Positions 10,062 to 18,695 of a stretch of 64,000 nucleotides of DNA are shown here, piece by piece. A program made the position numbers and the translations under genes. This stretch comes from an uncultured bacterium (lineage in GTDB: Bacteria > Omnitrophota > Gorgyraeia > Ghiorseimicrobiales > Ghiorseimicrobiaceae). Location of the stretch: contig CAJVXN010000003.1 of assembly GCA_913009335.1 (NCBI GenBank), positions 3,899-67,898 on the forward strand, read 5' to 3'. The notes beneath the pieces are model-generated. The model had not been told where the DNA came from, ran no database searches, and saw only the letters and a list, made by a program, of their open reading frames with translations. Position 1 is the first letter of the stretch; every line of letters starts with the position of its first letter.

Positions 10062-10342
10062 CCAGCCTTAAAGTTTGCTTTTATATTATTTTTTTGGCGG
10101 CTATAGTTCTCCTTCTCCTCTATCCAAGCATCAATGGAAGACTTTTTAAAGCGCCAGTGTTTCCCTACCTTCATCGCCGGAATTTGTCCCGCGCGCGACC
10201 AGAAATAAAGTGTCTGCTTTGGAATTTTTAAATAACTACTTACTTCTTCGATTGTAAGAATTTTATCTTCTGACATAATTATTTCCCTCTCATCACTCCA
10301 AGACTGAAGACGCAGCACTCGCAACATCGCCAGAAACATCAC
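10052..10342 (-). CDS. Helix-turn-helix DNA-binding protein (excisionase/MerR-like HTH_17 family); probable true start at internal MSEDK near 10276
   Basis: LTIEEVSSYLKIPKQTLYFWSRAGQIPAMKVGKHWRF is a typical Xis/AlpA-type HTH. The C-terminal codons (AGPR*) run into the right inverted repeat of the GIY-YIG element. Confidence 0.45.
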   Translation of the reverse strand: MMFLAMLRVLRLQSWSDEREIIMSEDKILTIEEVSSYLKIPKQTLYFWSRAGQIPAMKVGKHWRFKKSSIDAWIEEKENYSRQKNNIKANFKAGPR

Positions 10343-10874
10343 TATAGCGTATCGTGCCGTTTGTATCTACGAAAAAGGATTTTGCGCCGCTTAAACCCCA
10401 AGCCTCAGGATAAGCAGTAGCAGTAAAACTAATAACATTACCGGCCAAAATAAGTTGATACCCATTCTTGCTCACCGTATCCGCGTTAAAAGTATCATCA
10501 AGATAAGGAGGATCAGATGCAGGAATAGTAAATGAAGCTAAGCTACTGGGATATCCAGGGTTAGCTGCCCTGTAATTTTGCGCTGCTTCTGAGACTAGGC
10601 GTAAATTAGAGATTGCTGCTGATTCTTTAGCATTTACCCGCGCACGCAAAAAATCAGGTATAGCAAGAGAAAGTAATAGCATAACAATTGCCACTACTAT
10701 CATAATTTCCATCAGGGTAAACCCCGTTAGAGATAATCCGCCATGTTTCTTCGGCGGATGTAAATTCACTTTAATATTTGGAGAAAAACGCATCTTACCT
10801 TCAATAGCTTGTGGTAAACCAAACGTATGTTTTGGTATCTCTAACGGGGTAAAACCTTTTGACTCTCGATACAT
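10293..10874 (-). CDS. Type IV pilin-like protein (prepilin N-terminal cleavage/methylation domain) with unusually long leader
   Basis: G^FTLMEIMIVVAIVMLLLSLAIP class-III signal. The C-terminus (FFVDTNGTIRYSD...SVLE) is paralogous to the pilin at 13901-14335. The leader contains a translated MITE copy. Confidence 0.6.
   Translation of the reverse strand: MYRESKGFTPLEIPKHTFGLPQAIEGKMRFSPNIKVNLHPPKKHGGLSLTGFTLMEIMIVVAIVMLLLSLAIPDFLRARVNAKESAAISNLRLVSEAAQNYRAANPGYPSSLASFTIPASDPPYLDDTFNADTVSKNGYQLILAGNVISFTATAYPEAWGLSGAKSFFVDTNGTIRYSDVSGDVASAASSVLE
10721..10850. repeat. MITE-like copy B of the ACCCCGTTAGAGATA inverted-repeat family (inside the pilin leader coding region)
   Basis: IRs at 10721-10735 and 10836-10850; internal hairpin ATCCGCC...GGCGGAT adjacent to the left IR. 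Confidence 0.5.
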
Positions 10875-11082
10875 AAATACACCTACTTTATAATAATACT
10901 ATATTCCAAACTAACTAATAACAACTAACACTTTCTAACCTTAACTACCATAAAATATTATTATAAGGAATTTACCTTATATCTGTCAAGGAAATTTTAC
11001 CTCAAAAAAATAACCTCAAATCAACAATAAAGTTAACTTGAGGCTATTAAATATAATATCTAAAGTATATCAGTTATATCCT

Positions 11083-11718
11083 TTATTCTAATTGCCACAT
11101 ATTATCATTAACCCACGTGGAGTCAGCATCTGTAAATACGCTATCAGCCGGCAAAGACTGATCAGTCTCATAAATTACATTGGCTTCCTGCACATAAAAC
11201 CCCTTTTTCCCAGTAGGTAGCTGAAAACCCAATGATTTATACCGTATCGGCCGCGCGATAGCTTTAAAAGTACTCGCAGTCCCTTCAAGAATCTTAAATC
11301 GGTATCCGTCTTTAAAACAAAAACCCTTTCCAGCTGCTCCATATAGCGCAGCAGAATCACAACCCAGTTGAGGACCAAGATACGCAGGCTGGGCAATAGC
11401 AGCGCAATACAGCGCGGGAGCCTCAGCCGAGGCTCCTGTCGGAGGAGGGCCCAGAGGTTTTAAGTCATCCGGAAACGTTGAATTAACCCCCCGGTAAGCC
11501 TGAGCGGCAGATGAAATCATCCGTATAGAAACTAACGCGGAAGACTCATTCGTATTTATCCTCGTACGATATATCTGCGGAAGAGCAATCGCTGTTAATA
11601 AGGTAACAATACTAACAACTATCATAATCTCTATCAAAGTAAATCCTGGCTTATGATTTCGGCATAACTTAGTAATTTTAATATACATCTCTATCTCCCC
11701 CCCTTTACATAAAAACAT
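11083..11718 (-). CDS. Type IV pilin / pseudopilin (prepilin-type N-terminal cleavage/methylation domain)
   Basis: KPG^FTLIEIMIVVSIVTLLTAIALP signal; true start probably MYIKITK (15-aa leader). Confidence 0.6.
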   Translation of the reverse strand: MFLCKGGEIEMYIKITKLCRNHKPGFTLIEIMIVVSIVTLLTAIALPQIYRTRINTNESSALVSIRMISSAAQAYRGVNSTFPDDLKPLGPPPTGASAEAPALYCAAIAQPAYLGPQLGCDSAALYGAAGKGFCFKDGYRFKILEGTASTFKAIARPIRYKSLGFQLPTGKKGFYVQEANVIYETDQSLPADSVFTDADSTWVNDNMWQLE

Positions 11719-11950
11719 ATGTATACGCTAGGCCTGTTTTATAGGCTAAATCGTTAATACCACCTCTATTAAAAGTATACCACAACATTATAGCCAATCA
11801 AGCCTAAATGCTAATAAATATTTCTTAACTTACTACAGTCATTGACCATGTAACATATTGGCTTAATTAAAGATAGAATAAATAATAAATAACACGCTCT
11901 ATTTATTATTGTTTTTTAAATAACAATTATACGTAAAAACCAACCTGGGA

Positions 11951-13792
11951 TTACGGCGCAGAAGAAGCCTTAATCATCCAAATGACTCTGCCAAGGCTTT
12001 CCTCTGCCTTTTGATAATCCGGATCTATTTCTAATGCTTTTTCAAAATACCCCTTGGCCTCTCTTAATTTACCCTGGTTGGCTAAGACTACACCAATATT
12101 AAAAAAGGCCTTGGCAAATCCAGGATCAATAGAAGCTGCTTTCTCATATTGGGCAAGCGCATCATCAAACCTGTTATTCTTTTCGTATATACTACCTAAA
12201 TTATTTATTGCCCGAACAAGCTCGGGATTGATGCTAATTGCCTGCTCGTACATTTTAATCGCGTCTTCCTCCATGCCTTTTCTTTCATAAAGGCGGGCCA
12301 AATTATAATAATGGACCGCTGATTTTGGCTTTGATTTTATAATATCCTTATATCTCTTAATATAATTATCTTCTACAATGCTCTTATTCTTTGCTATCGA
12401 TTCTATTTTGGGATTTATTTCCAGGGCCCGCTCGTACATTTTAATCGCGTCTTCCTCCATGCCTAAATGGGCATAGATATTTGCCAGATTATTACGGGTT
12501 ATATAGCTTGCGGGAGAAAACTTATCTGTCCAGCGGTAAAAACTGATAGAATTACGCCAAACATAATTTTGCGAAAAAGTAAGCAGCCCGAAAAATACAA
12601 CTATTGATATAAATAAGGCCTGGGCTAAATATTTTCGCCTAAGGTATAATTTATTAAGCCCATAGGCAATAATCATAAATATGCCGATTGAGGGAAGATA
12701 TAAATAGTGATCGGCCAATATCGCGATAAAGAAAAAACTCGACTGCGGAAACAGCAAAATAAAAAACCAGGTTATATTAAAAATAAAAAACTTCTTGTTT
12801 CTAAACCTACATCTACTAAAAAACACTATTAGAATAATTGCTATAGATATAAACGTTAAAACATGCGCGTCAAATATTCTTACTGCCGGCATCATATAAC
12901 GTTCCATATGAAGATTAACCGGCATAATCAAAAGCCAGAGATAAATAATAACGCCTTTAAAAAAACTAAATATCCTAATAATGCTATTGGGAGAATAAAG
13001 GCTGGCCTTTGCGAAAATGGGTTGGGCAGAAAAATTAAGAATAGTCAAACGTAACACTATATAGAATGCGGCAATAAAAATAAAAGGTAGGAGCCTTTTC
13101 ACTCCGGATACTCTATCCTTCTTTAAGAAAACTTCAAAAATAATTAGAACAGGCACAAAAATCAGGCTCATTTCTTTGGAAAACAAGGAGAATACGAATA
13201 AAAGAATAGAAGATAAGTATAAAATCCTTGAAAACTTAAAAAGATCAAAATGGCGGATATAAAAAAGCAGTGCTGAAAGAATAAAAAATGCGGAAAGTAA
13301 ATCAGCGCGTCCGGATATATAACTTACGCTTTCGCAATGCGCAGGATGAACCACAAACAAAACAGCGGTAAATAAAGCAATAAAATTTAGTCGCTTAAGA
13401 GTTTTATTGTTTTTAGACTCAGTATTGCGCTCTTTTAATAAAAGAGCGCATAAATAAACCGTTAAAATATAGACTAATATCGCATTTAAAATATGTAAAA
13501 GAAAACTATGTAAATGATATCCGAAAGGATTAAACCCAAATATACGGTAATCCAGCATATAGCTGAATACCTGAATAGGCCGATAGTAATTAGTATGCGT
13601 GCCGTTAAGTAATTCCTGGGTTACTGCCCCATGCCAGTTTGCAACATCTTTAATTACCTCATTTGACGTAATCAGAAAATCATCATCCCAGACAAAATCA
13701 TTATTAAAAGAATTGGCATAAGATAGTAAACCGCAAAAAACTACTATTATTATCGCGGGTATAAATGATTTTTTATTCATATTAAGACCCAT
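11951..13792 (-). CDS. Multi-pass membrane protein with C-terminal TPR repeats (TMTC/PMT-like putative glycosyltransferase family)
   Basis: N-terminal FxWDD motif (SFNNDFVWDDDFLITSNEVIKD) followed by ~11 TM helices and C-terminal TPR units (AxxYxxAL...P repeats). Paralog at 16878-18695. Start more likely MNKKS (13780). Confidence 0.6.
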   Translation of the reverse strand: MGLNMNKKSFIPAIIIVVFCGLLSYANSFNNDFVWDDDFLITSNEVIKDVANWHGAVTQELLNGTHTNYYRPIQVFSYMLDYRIFGFNPFGYHLHSFLLHILNAILVYILTVYLCALLLKERNTESKNNKTLKRLNFIALFTAVLFVVHPAHCESVSYISGRADLLSAFFILSALLFYIRHFDLFKFSRILYLSSILLFVFSLFSKEMSLIFVPVLIIFEVFLKKDRVSGVKRLLPFIFIAAFYIVLRLTILNFSAQPIFAKASLYSPNSIIRIFSFFKGVIIYLWLLIMPVNLHMERYMMPAVRIFDAHVLTFISIAIILIVFFSRCRFRNKKFFIFNITWFFILLFPQSSFFFIAILADHYLYLPSIGIFMIIAYGLNKLYLRRKYLAQALFISIVVFFGLLTFSQNYVWRNSISFYRWTDKFSPASYITRNNLANIYAHLGMEEDAIKMYERALEINPKIESIAKNKSIVEDNYIKRYKDIIKSKPKSAVHYYNLARLYERKGMEEDAIKMYEQAISINPELVRAINNLGSIYEKNNRFDDALAQYEKAASIDPGFAKAFFNIGVVLANQGKLREAKGYFEKALEIDPDYQKAEESLGRVIWMIKASSAP

Positions 13793-13833
13793 CCTTCAAA
13801 GGTATCAGGATGGTCTATCCCTGTGGATACATA

Positions 13834-13868
13834 TAAAAAAATCCGTCCCGACATATGCCAGGACGGAT
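13834..13868 (-). terminator. Rho-independent terminator downstream of pilin gene
   Basis: Minus-strand hairpin ATCCGTCC-N12-GGACGGAT (13841-13868) followed by a U7 run (13834-13840 on plus = AAAAAAA). Confidence 0.5.
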
Positions 13869-13900
13869 TTAGCGAACTTGCTAAACTGCTTTGTTAATAC

Positions 13901-14335
13901 TTATTCCAATACTGAATCACCAGCAACAGGAGTCTGATCCTCAGTATCATTGTATTTTATGACCCCGCTAGTATCAACAAAGAAATTCCTTGCTCCAGTT
14001 TGTGCCCAATCAGTAGGCATAGCAGTAGCAGTAAAAGAATTAGTTCCTCCTGCAAGAACAAAAGTATATCCCTGCTTTGTTCCATTCCCTAAAACATCAT
14101 CGATGTATGGAGGAGTTTCATTAGGAGAAGCCAAAGAAGCCAACAGTACAGGATAACTCGTGTTAGCCCCTCTATAACTCTGCGCTGCCGTTGAAACAGT
14201 ATGTAGACCGGCTACCGCAGCTGATTGGTTAGCATTTACTCTCGCACGCAATAGGTTAGGTATCGCTATAGCGGCTAATAAAACGATGATCGCAACTACG
14301 ATCATGATTTCAACTAACGTAAAACCTTTTTTCAT
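13901..14335 (-). CDS. Type IV major pilin (PilA-like)
   Basis: MKKG^FTLVEIMIVVAIIVLLAAIAIP canonical class-III signal; 144 aa; strong RBS GGAGG; consensus-like promoter upstream. Confidence 0.75.
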   Translation of the reverse strand: MKKGFTLVEIMIVVAIIVLLAAIAIPNLLRARVNANQSAAVAGLHTVSTAAQSYRGANTSYPVLLASLASPNETPPYIDDVLGNGTKQGYTFVLAGGTNSFTATAMPTDWAQTGARNFFVDTSGVIKYNDTEDQTPVAGDSVLE

Positions 14336-14470
14336 CTTAAAACGCCTCCTTTCTAAGGTAAGATTAACTTAAAACGCGCTATATTCAGCTTCTTTTATTT
14401 ACTTTTATCATAATGCCGTTACGTTTCCAGGAAGCTGTTGCAGTGCGTCTTAGTCTCCTTAAATTACAAT

Positions 14471-14504
14471 CACTTCTTTTATATCACCTCCCTTCTTTAT
14501 TGTC
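14471..14504 (-). promoter_or_regulatory. Sigma70-like promoter for pilin gene (TTGACA-17-TATAAA)
   Basis: Minus-strand sequence cTTGACAataaagaagggaggtgaTATAAAa lies ~135 nt upstream of the pilin ATG. Confidence 0.35.
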
Positions 14505-15016
14505 AAGAAAAAATAAATGAAACCACAACTTATGTCGCTGTATTCCATAAGTTGTATGGCTGAATTTACCCCGCCGTTGGCGGGGTTTAATTCGCAGACG
14601 CCCTTTTGGCTTTAACTTATACCGCTTACGCTCCATAAGTCATCTGCTCATTAAAAAACCCATTCGAAAGAATGGGTACAAGTTTAACGGATTCACCAAT
14701 TTAGTGAATACGGCAACCCGACAATCATATCCCTTAATAGCTAAAAGACTTAGACTCGCGGCTTTGTGCCCTATCCTTTCAGATAGTTTACCTTTGCCTT
14801 TAGAGATATTAAATACCTTATATTCTATAATAATACCGTCTAGCCTAAACGCTAGATTATTGAAACTTACTATTACCTCTAAAGAACAATACATATAACT
14901 TACTTATCAAAGAACTCACTTTTCCTATTACAAATATAGCATACAAACTTGCTAATTTCAAGGTCGATAGAGAATAAAAAGTTGTGTTGCATCCGGTTGA
15001 GGCTAAACCTCAACCG

Positions 15017-16876
15017 CTAAAAGCCAGGCTTCTTTTCTTTAAATGCGTCTCTCTTTTCCGACAACTCCTTAATACTCAAGTGCTTGCCGAATAATATATC
15101 ACTATCAATAATTTTAATATTCTCTATCCAGCGCAAAACCTTACTGCATAGCTTATTTTCATCACCCCTCTTACATAATCGTGGATTCTGCCCCTCTTGA
15201 ATAATCAAGCTTAAGTTCGGAAAAATCCTAACATGTAAATTATCCGGAGGCCTAAATAAATCAATACTCGTAAAATCCCGAAAATCTAATAATCTTAAAA
15301 TAATACCCGGAAGCTCATAGAATGCTACTGTCCCTACATCTACCGGGCCATTTTTACCGTCAATTATTATAAGAGGTGTTGACGTATAATCAAGATACAT
15401 AGCCGCCGTAAATTTACCAAGAGAATCATCCAAAAGCCCTCCTGCCTTAAACGCTAAAAATTTCCCACCCAATATGGGGAGATGATCACCACAAATAACA
15501 ATAAGGGCATCAGGGTCATCTTTTTTAATAATTTTTATAAAATCTACTGTTTCTTTTGTACAATATTTAAGCACATTCGCGTATCTTTCAAGAGCCTTAA
15601 TTGGTGGGTTAGATTTAATATAACCGGGGCGCTTTGCCTCATTCAGTTCAAATGGCGGATGCCCCGTAAAAGTAAGTATATATACAAACTTCGGCTTATT
15701 TGCTGCTCTTTTATTCGCTAATTTATAAGCCTGTTTGTATAATGACTCATTTGATAAGAACGCGCCATTTAGATCATCGAATACAAAATTTTTTTCGTAA
15801 AAATAGTAATTAAACCCAAAACGGTAATATATATTATCACGATTCCAAAAACCAGCGATATTAGGATGAAAGGCATATGCCTCATAACCATATCGGGATA
15901 ATAATGCCGGAAGGGCCGGTATATGATTTATAATCCCGCTCTTAAACATTATCTTGTTTCCGTATAAATTAGCCGGATGGCCGGTAAGTAATTCAAATTC
16001 CGGATTAGCCGTTCCCCCGCCAAAAACAGGTGTTAAAACTTTAGAATTTTTCGTCTCACCCCAAATCTTCCTAAATTCATAATCCCAGGGGTCATCAGTA
16101 AATACAATTTTTTTTAATAGAAGAGGGTCCCATAAAGACTCCATTAATATTAAATAGGTATTCCTCGGCTTAAATCCTTCCGGCAAAACAAAATTTTCCG
16201 TAATCGTCTCATCGTTAATATTTAATTCGGCAAGCGCGGAACTAACGCTATCACTATCGGGTGGCTTTGGCCTATCGTTTAAAAACTTTAATCCCCGATA
16301 AGCTAAATACATACTGCCTCCACTCTTGTTCAAATTATGTAATTCATCCCAGCTCCAATAATTAAAATGTGATTCAATGCCCTTTATAATTTTACCAGCA
16401 TTAAAAAGCAATACCGCGGGAATAATCAATAGCATAACAAATGATACGGATGATGCGAATTTACGAATTTTAAAATTAATCAAAAAAATCGTAATAAGCG
16501 ATAAAATAGGAACAACTATAAATAAAACTTGTAACTTATCAATAATAAAACAGAGCTCTAGGAATGAATAAAAATCATCTATAGTAACCGGGGCGCCGAA
16601 ATATCGGCATTTCAGGGCATGCCCGATAAATATAATTCCCATGAATATTGCCTGCTCGATGAAGAAAAGGTAAGTTTTACGCGAGAATGAAAAAAAGATA
16701 TACGCGAAAAATAACTGTATTAAAAAATCAGGAAGCAGGTTAAAACTTAACGCGCTGAAAAAATATAGCCTGCGGATAATGGTATGAAAAATAACATAAA
16801 ATATAGCTGTTGAGATAAAAGGAATGAATAACCGCCGGTGTTTAACGAAACTTACCCAACACTCTTTTAAAAACAT
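15017..16876 (-). CDS. Alkaline-phosphatase-superfamily (sulfatase/LtaS/EptA-like) integral membrane protein
   Basis: N-terminal multi-TM domain plus a large extracytoplasmic domain with LTFTGHPPFELN and VICGDHLP motifs, characteristic of LtaS/phosphoethanolamine-transferase family enzymes. Confidence 0.55.
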   Translation of the reverse strand: MFLKECWVSFVKHRRLFIPFISTAIFYVIFHTIIRRLYFFSALSFNLLPDFLIQLFFAYIFFSFSRKTYLFFIEQAIFMGIIFIGHALKCRYFGAPVTIDDFYSFLELCFIIDKLQVLFIVVPILSLITIFLINFKIRKFASSVSFVMLLIIPAVLLFNAGKIIKGIESHFNYWSWDELHNLNKSGGSMYLAYRGLKFLNDRPKPPDSDSVSSALAELNINDETITENFVLPEGFKPRNTYLILMESLWDPLLLKKIVFTDDPWDYEFRKIWGETKNSKVLTPVFGGGTANPEFELLTGHPANLYGNKIMFKSGIINHIPALPALLSRYGYEAYAFHPNIAGFWNRDNIYYRFGFNYYFYEKNFVFDDLNGAFLSNESLYKQAYKLANKRAANKPKFVYILTFTGHPPFELNEAKRPGYIKSNPPIKALERYANVLKYCTKETVDFIKIIKKDDPDALIVICGDHLPILGGKFLAFKAGGLLDDSLGKFTAAMYLDYTSTPLIIIDGKNGPVDVGTVAFYELPGIILRLLDFRDFTSIDLFRPPDNLHVRIFPNLSLIIQEGQNPRLCKRGDENKLCSKVLRWIENIKIIDSDILFGKHLSIKELSEKRDAFKEKKPGF

Positions 16877-16877
16877 A

Positions 16878-18695
16878 TTATTTTTTCCCTTTCTTGATCA
16901 CATTTTTTAAAAACCGGGTATCCTGGTTTTCTTCTAAGGCTTGCGATACTTTCTTAAGCCAGGCCCCTGTCTCTACCAGCCCGGAATCAATCCTTAAAGC
17001 AGCATCAAATTCTCTCTTTGAAGCGTTATAATCATCCTTATGCCAATAAAGCACCCCTAACATATGGTGAGCGAGCGCGTAATCATTGTCTATATCAATG
17101 GCGAGCTTTAATTCTTTTATTGCCAGATCTAACTGCCCGGACTTCCAAAGAGCCACCCCGAGAAAATAATGATACTTTGGTTCTAAATAACTACCTAGCT
17201 CTAAGGATTTATTATACGCATCTATTGCCTTAAGATATTCACCCTTATTCGCATACATACTGCCTAAACTTGCCCAGGCAACATGCGAGCGCGGATACTC
17301 CTGAATAAAATCTTCAAGCTGAACCATGGCGGCATCTTCCTTGCCGTCCAAATAAATAACCCTGATCAAACTCAAAAATGCCGGATCTTTATTATCGACT
17401 CTTAGATTTAAGGCCTTAAGATAATAATCTTGCGCCTTTTTATAATTGCCTCTTTCCTCTTCTATTACCCCGAGATTATTATATGCATGGTAACTATTCG
17501 GAGAAAATTTCAGTATCCTTAGATAGAAGAGCTTCGGATTCCGCCAGATGAAGTTATACTCCACCGTAATAAAGGTATACATAGTAATTAAGACGGCAGG
17601 AATAAAAATAAATATTTCTTTTATCTTAATTAACCTGGAAAAGGCAAGTGCCGCAATAAAAAATATACCGATAGACGACATATAACAAAAATGCTCGGCA
17701 AAATAAGCATTTATCGCAAATATTCCCGAATAAGGCAATAAAAACAGAAAAAACCAAAATAAACCGAAAGAAAATAACCTTGACTTCCCACCTTTAATAA
17801 AAGCCTTTGCTCCGACGATGATAAGAAGAATTACCCCCAAAACAGACAAAATGATTCCGGCCTCAAGAATTGTATCGGCGGGCTTAAATGCGTAAGACAT
17901 ATGCAAATTAACAGGCAAAAACAAAGTCATAAGATACAGAAAAATAGTCTTTGTAAAGAAAACGCTATTCTTGAAAATCATATCCAGAGAAGGCAAAATC
18001 GCATTATTCGTTAATACAAGAGAACGTAAACACAGATAGGCTGATGCCGCAATAAAAAACGGAAGATAAATAAAAATATTTCGTCTTCTTGATTTTTGAG
18101 TATTATATTTAAAACCCAACCCGTAGAATAATAAAAAAACCGGAAATATCAAAGCAAATTCCTTGGAAAGCATGGCGAGGATAAAAGAAAATAAAGAAAT
18201 AAAATAAAAACCCCTTGTAAATAATATCAATGACAACAATAAAAATAAGGCAACCAGAATATCAGCCCTTCCGGATATATAAGTTACAGTTTCGACATGT
18301 ATAGGATGAACCATAAAAAATAAAGCAGTCAAAAGAGATGTTAGGCCACTACCACTTATGATTAAAATAAAACTATAGACCAAAAGGCCCACTATAATCT
18401 GCAAGATAACATTGGTAAGATGATAACCGTAAGCATCCAGCTTATAGAAATGATAATCCAACATATAAGAAAGACTCTGCAAAGGACGATAAAAATTATT
18501 CCCCGTACTCTTTTGGTTAAATAAATCAGTTAAAAATATCTTAGGCGCATATTTAAAATCTTTTATAAGAGAGTTATGCGTTATTAAGCCTGTATCGTCC
18601 CAGATAAACGGGCTGTTAAGTGAATTAAAATAACAGCCAAAACCTACAAATATTATTAAAATAGCGGCAATTAATCTTTGCTTATTTATTTTCAT
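16878..18695 (-). CDS. Multi-pass membrane protein with C-terminal TPR repeats (TMTC/PMT-like), paralog of 11951-13792
   Basis: NSPFIWDDTGLITHNSLIKD N-terminal motif, multiple TM helices, C-terminal TPR repeats (YHAYNNLG..., AYNKSLEL...). Confidence 0.6.
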   Translation of the reverse strand: MKINKQRLIAAILIIFVGFGCYFNSLNSPFIWDDTGLITHNSLIKDFKYAPKIFLTDLFNQKSTGNNFYRPLQSLSYMLDYHFYKLDAYGYHLTNVILQIIVGLLVYSFILIISGSGLTSLLTALFFMVHPIHVETVTYISGRADILVALFLLLSLILFTRGFYFISLFSFILAMLSKEFALIFPVFLLFYGLGFKYNTQKSRRRNIFIYLPFFIAASAYLCLRSLVLTNNAILPSLDMIFKNSVFFTKTIFLYLMTLFLPVNLHMSYAFKPADTILEAGIILSVLGVILLIIVGAKAFIKGGKSRLFSFGLFWFFLFLLPYSGIFAINAYFAEHFCYMSSIGIFFIAALAFSRLIKIKEIFIFIPAVLITMYTFITVEYNFIWRNPKLFYLRILKFSPNSYHAYNNLGVIEEERGNYKKAQDYYLKALNLRVDNKDPAFLSLIRVIYLDGKEDAAMVQLEDFIQEYPRSHVAWASLGSMYANKGEYLKAIDAYNKSLELGSYLEPKYHYFLGVALWKSGQLDLAIKELKLAIDIDNDYALAHHMLGVLYWHKDDYNASKREFDAALRIDSGLVETGAWLKKVSQALEENQDTRFLKNVIKKGKK

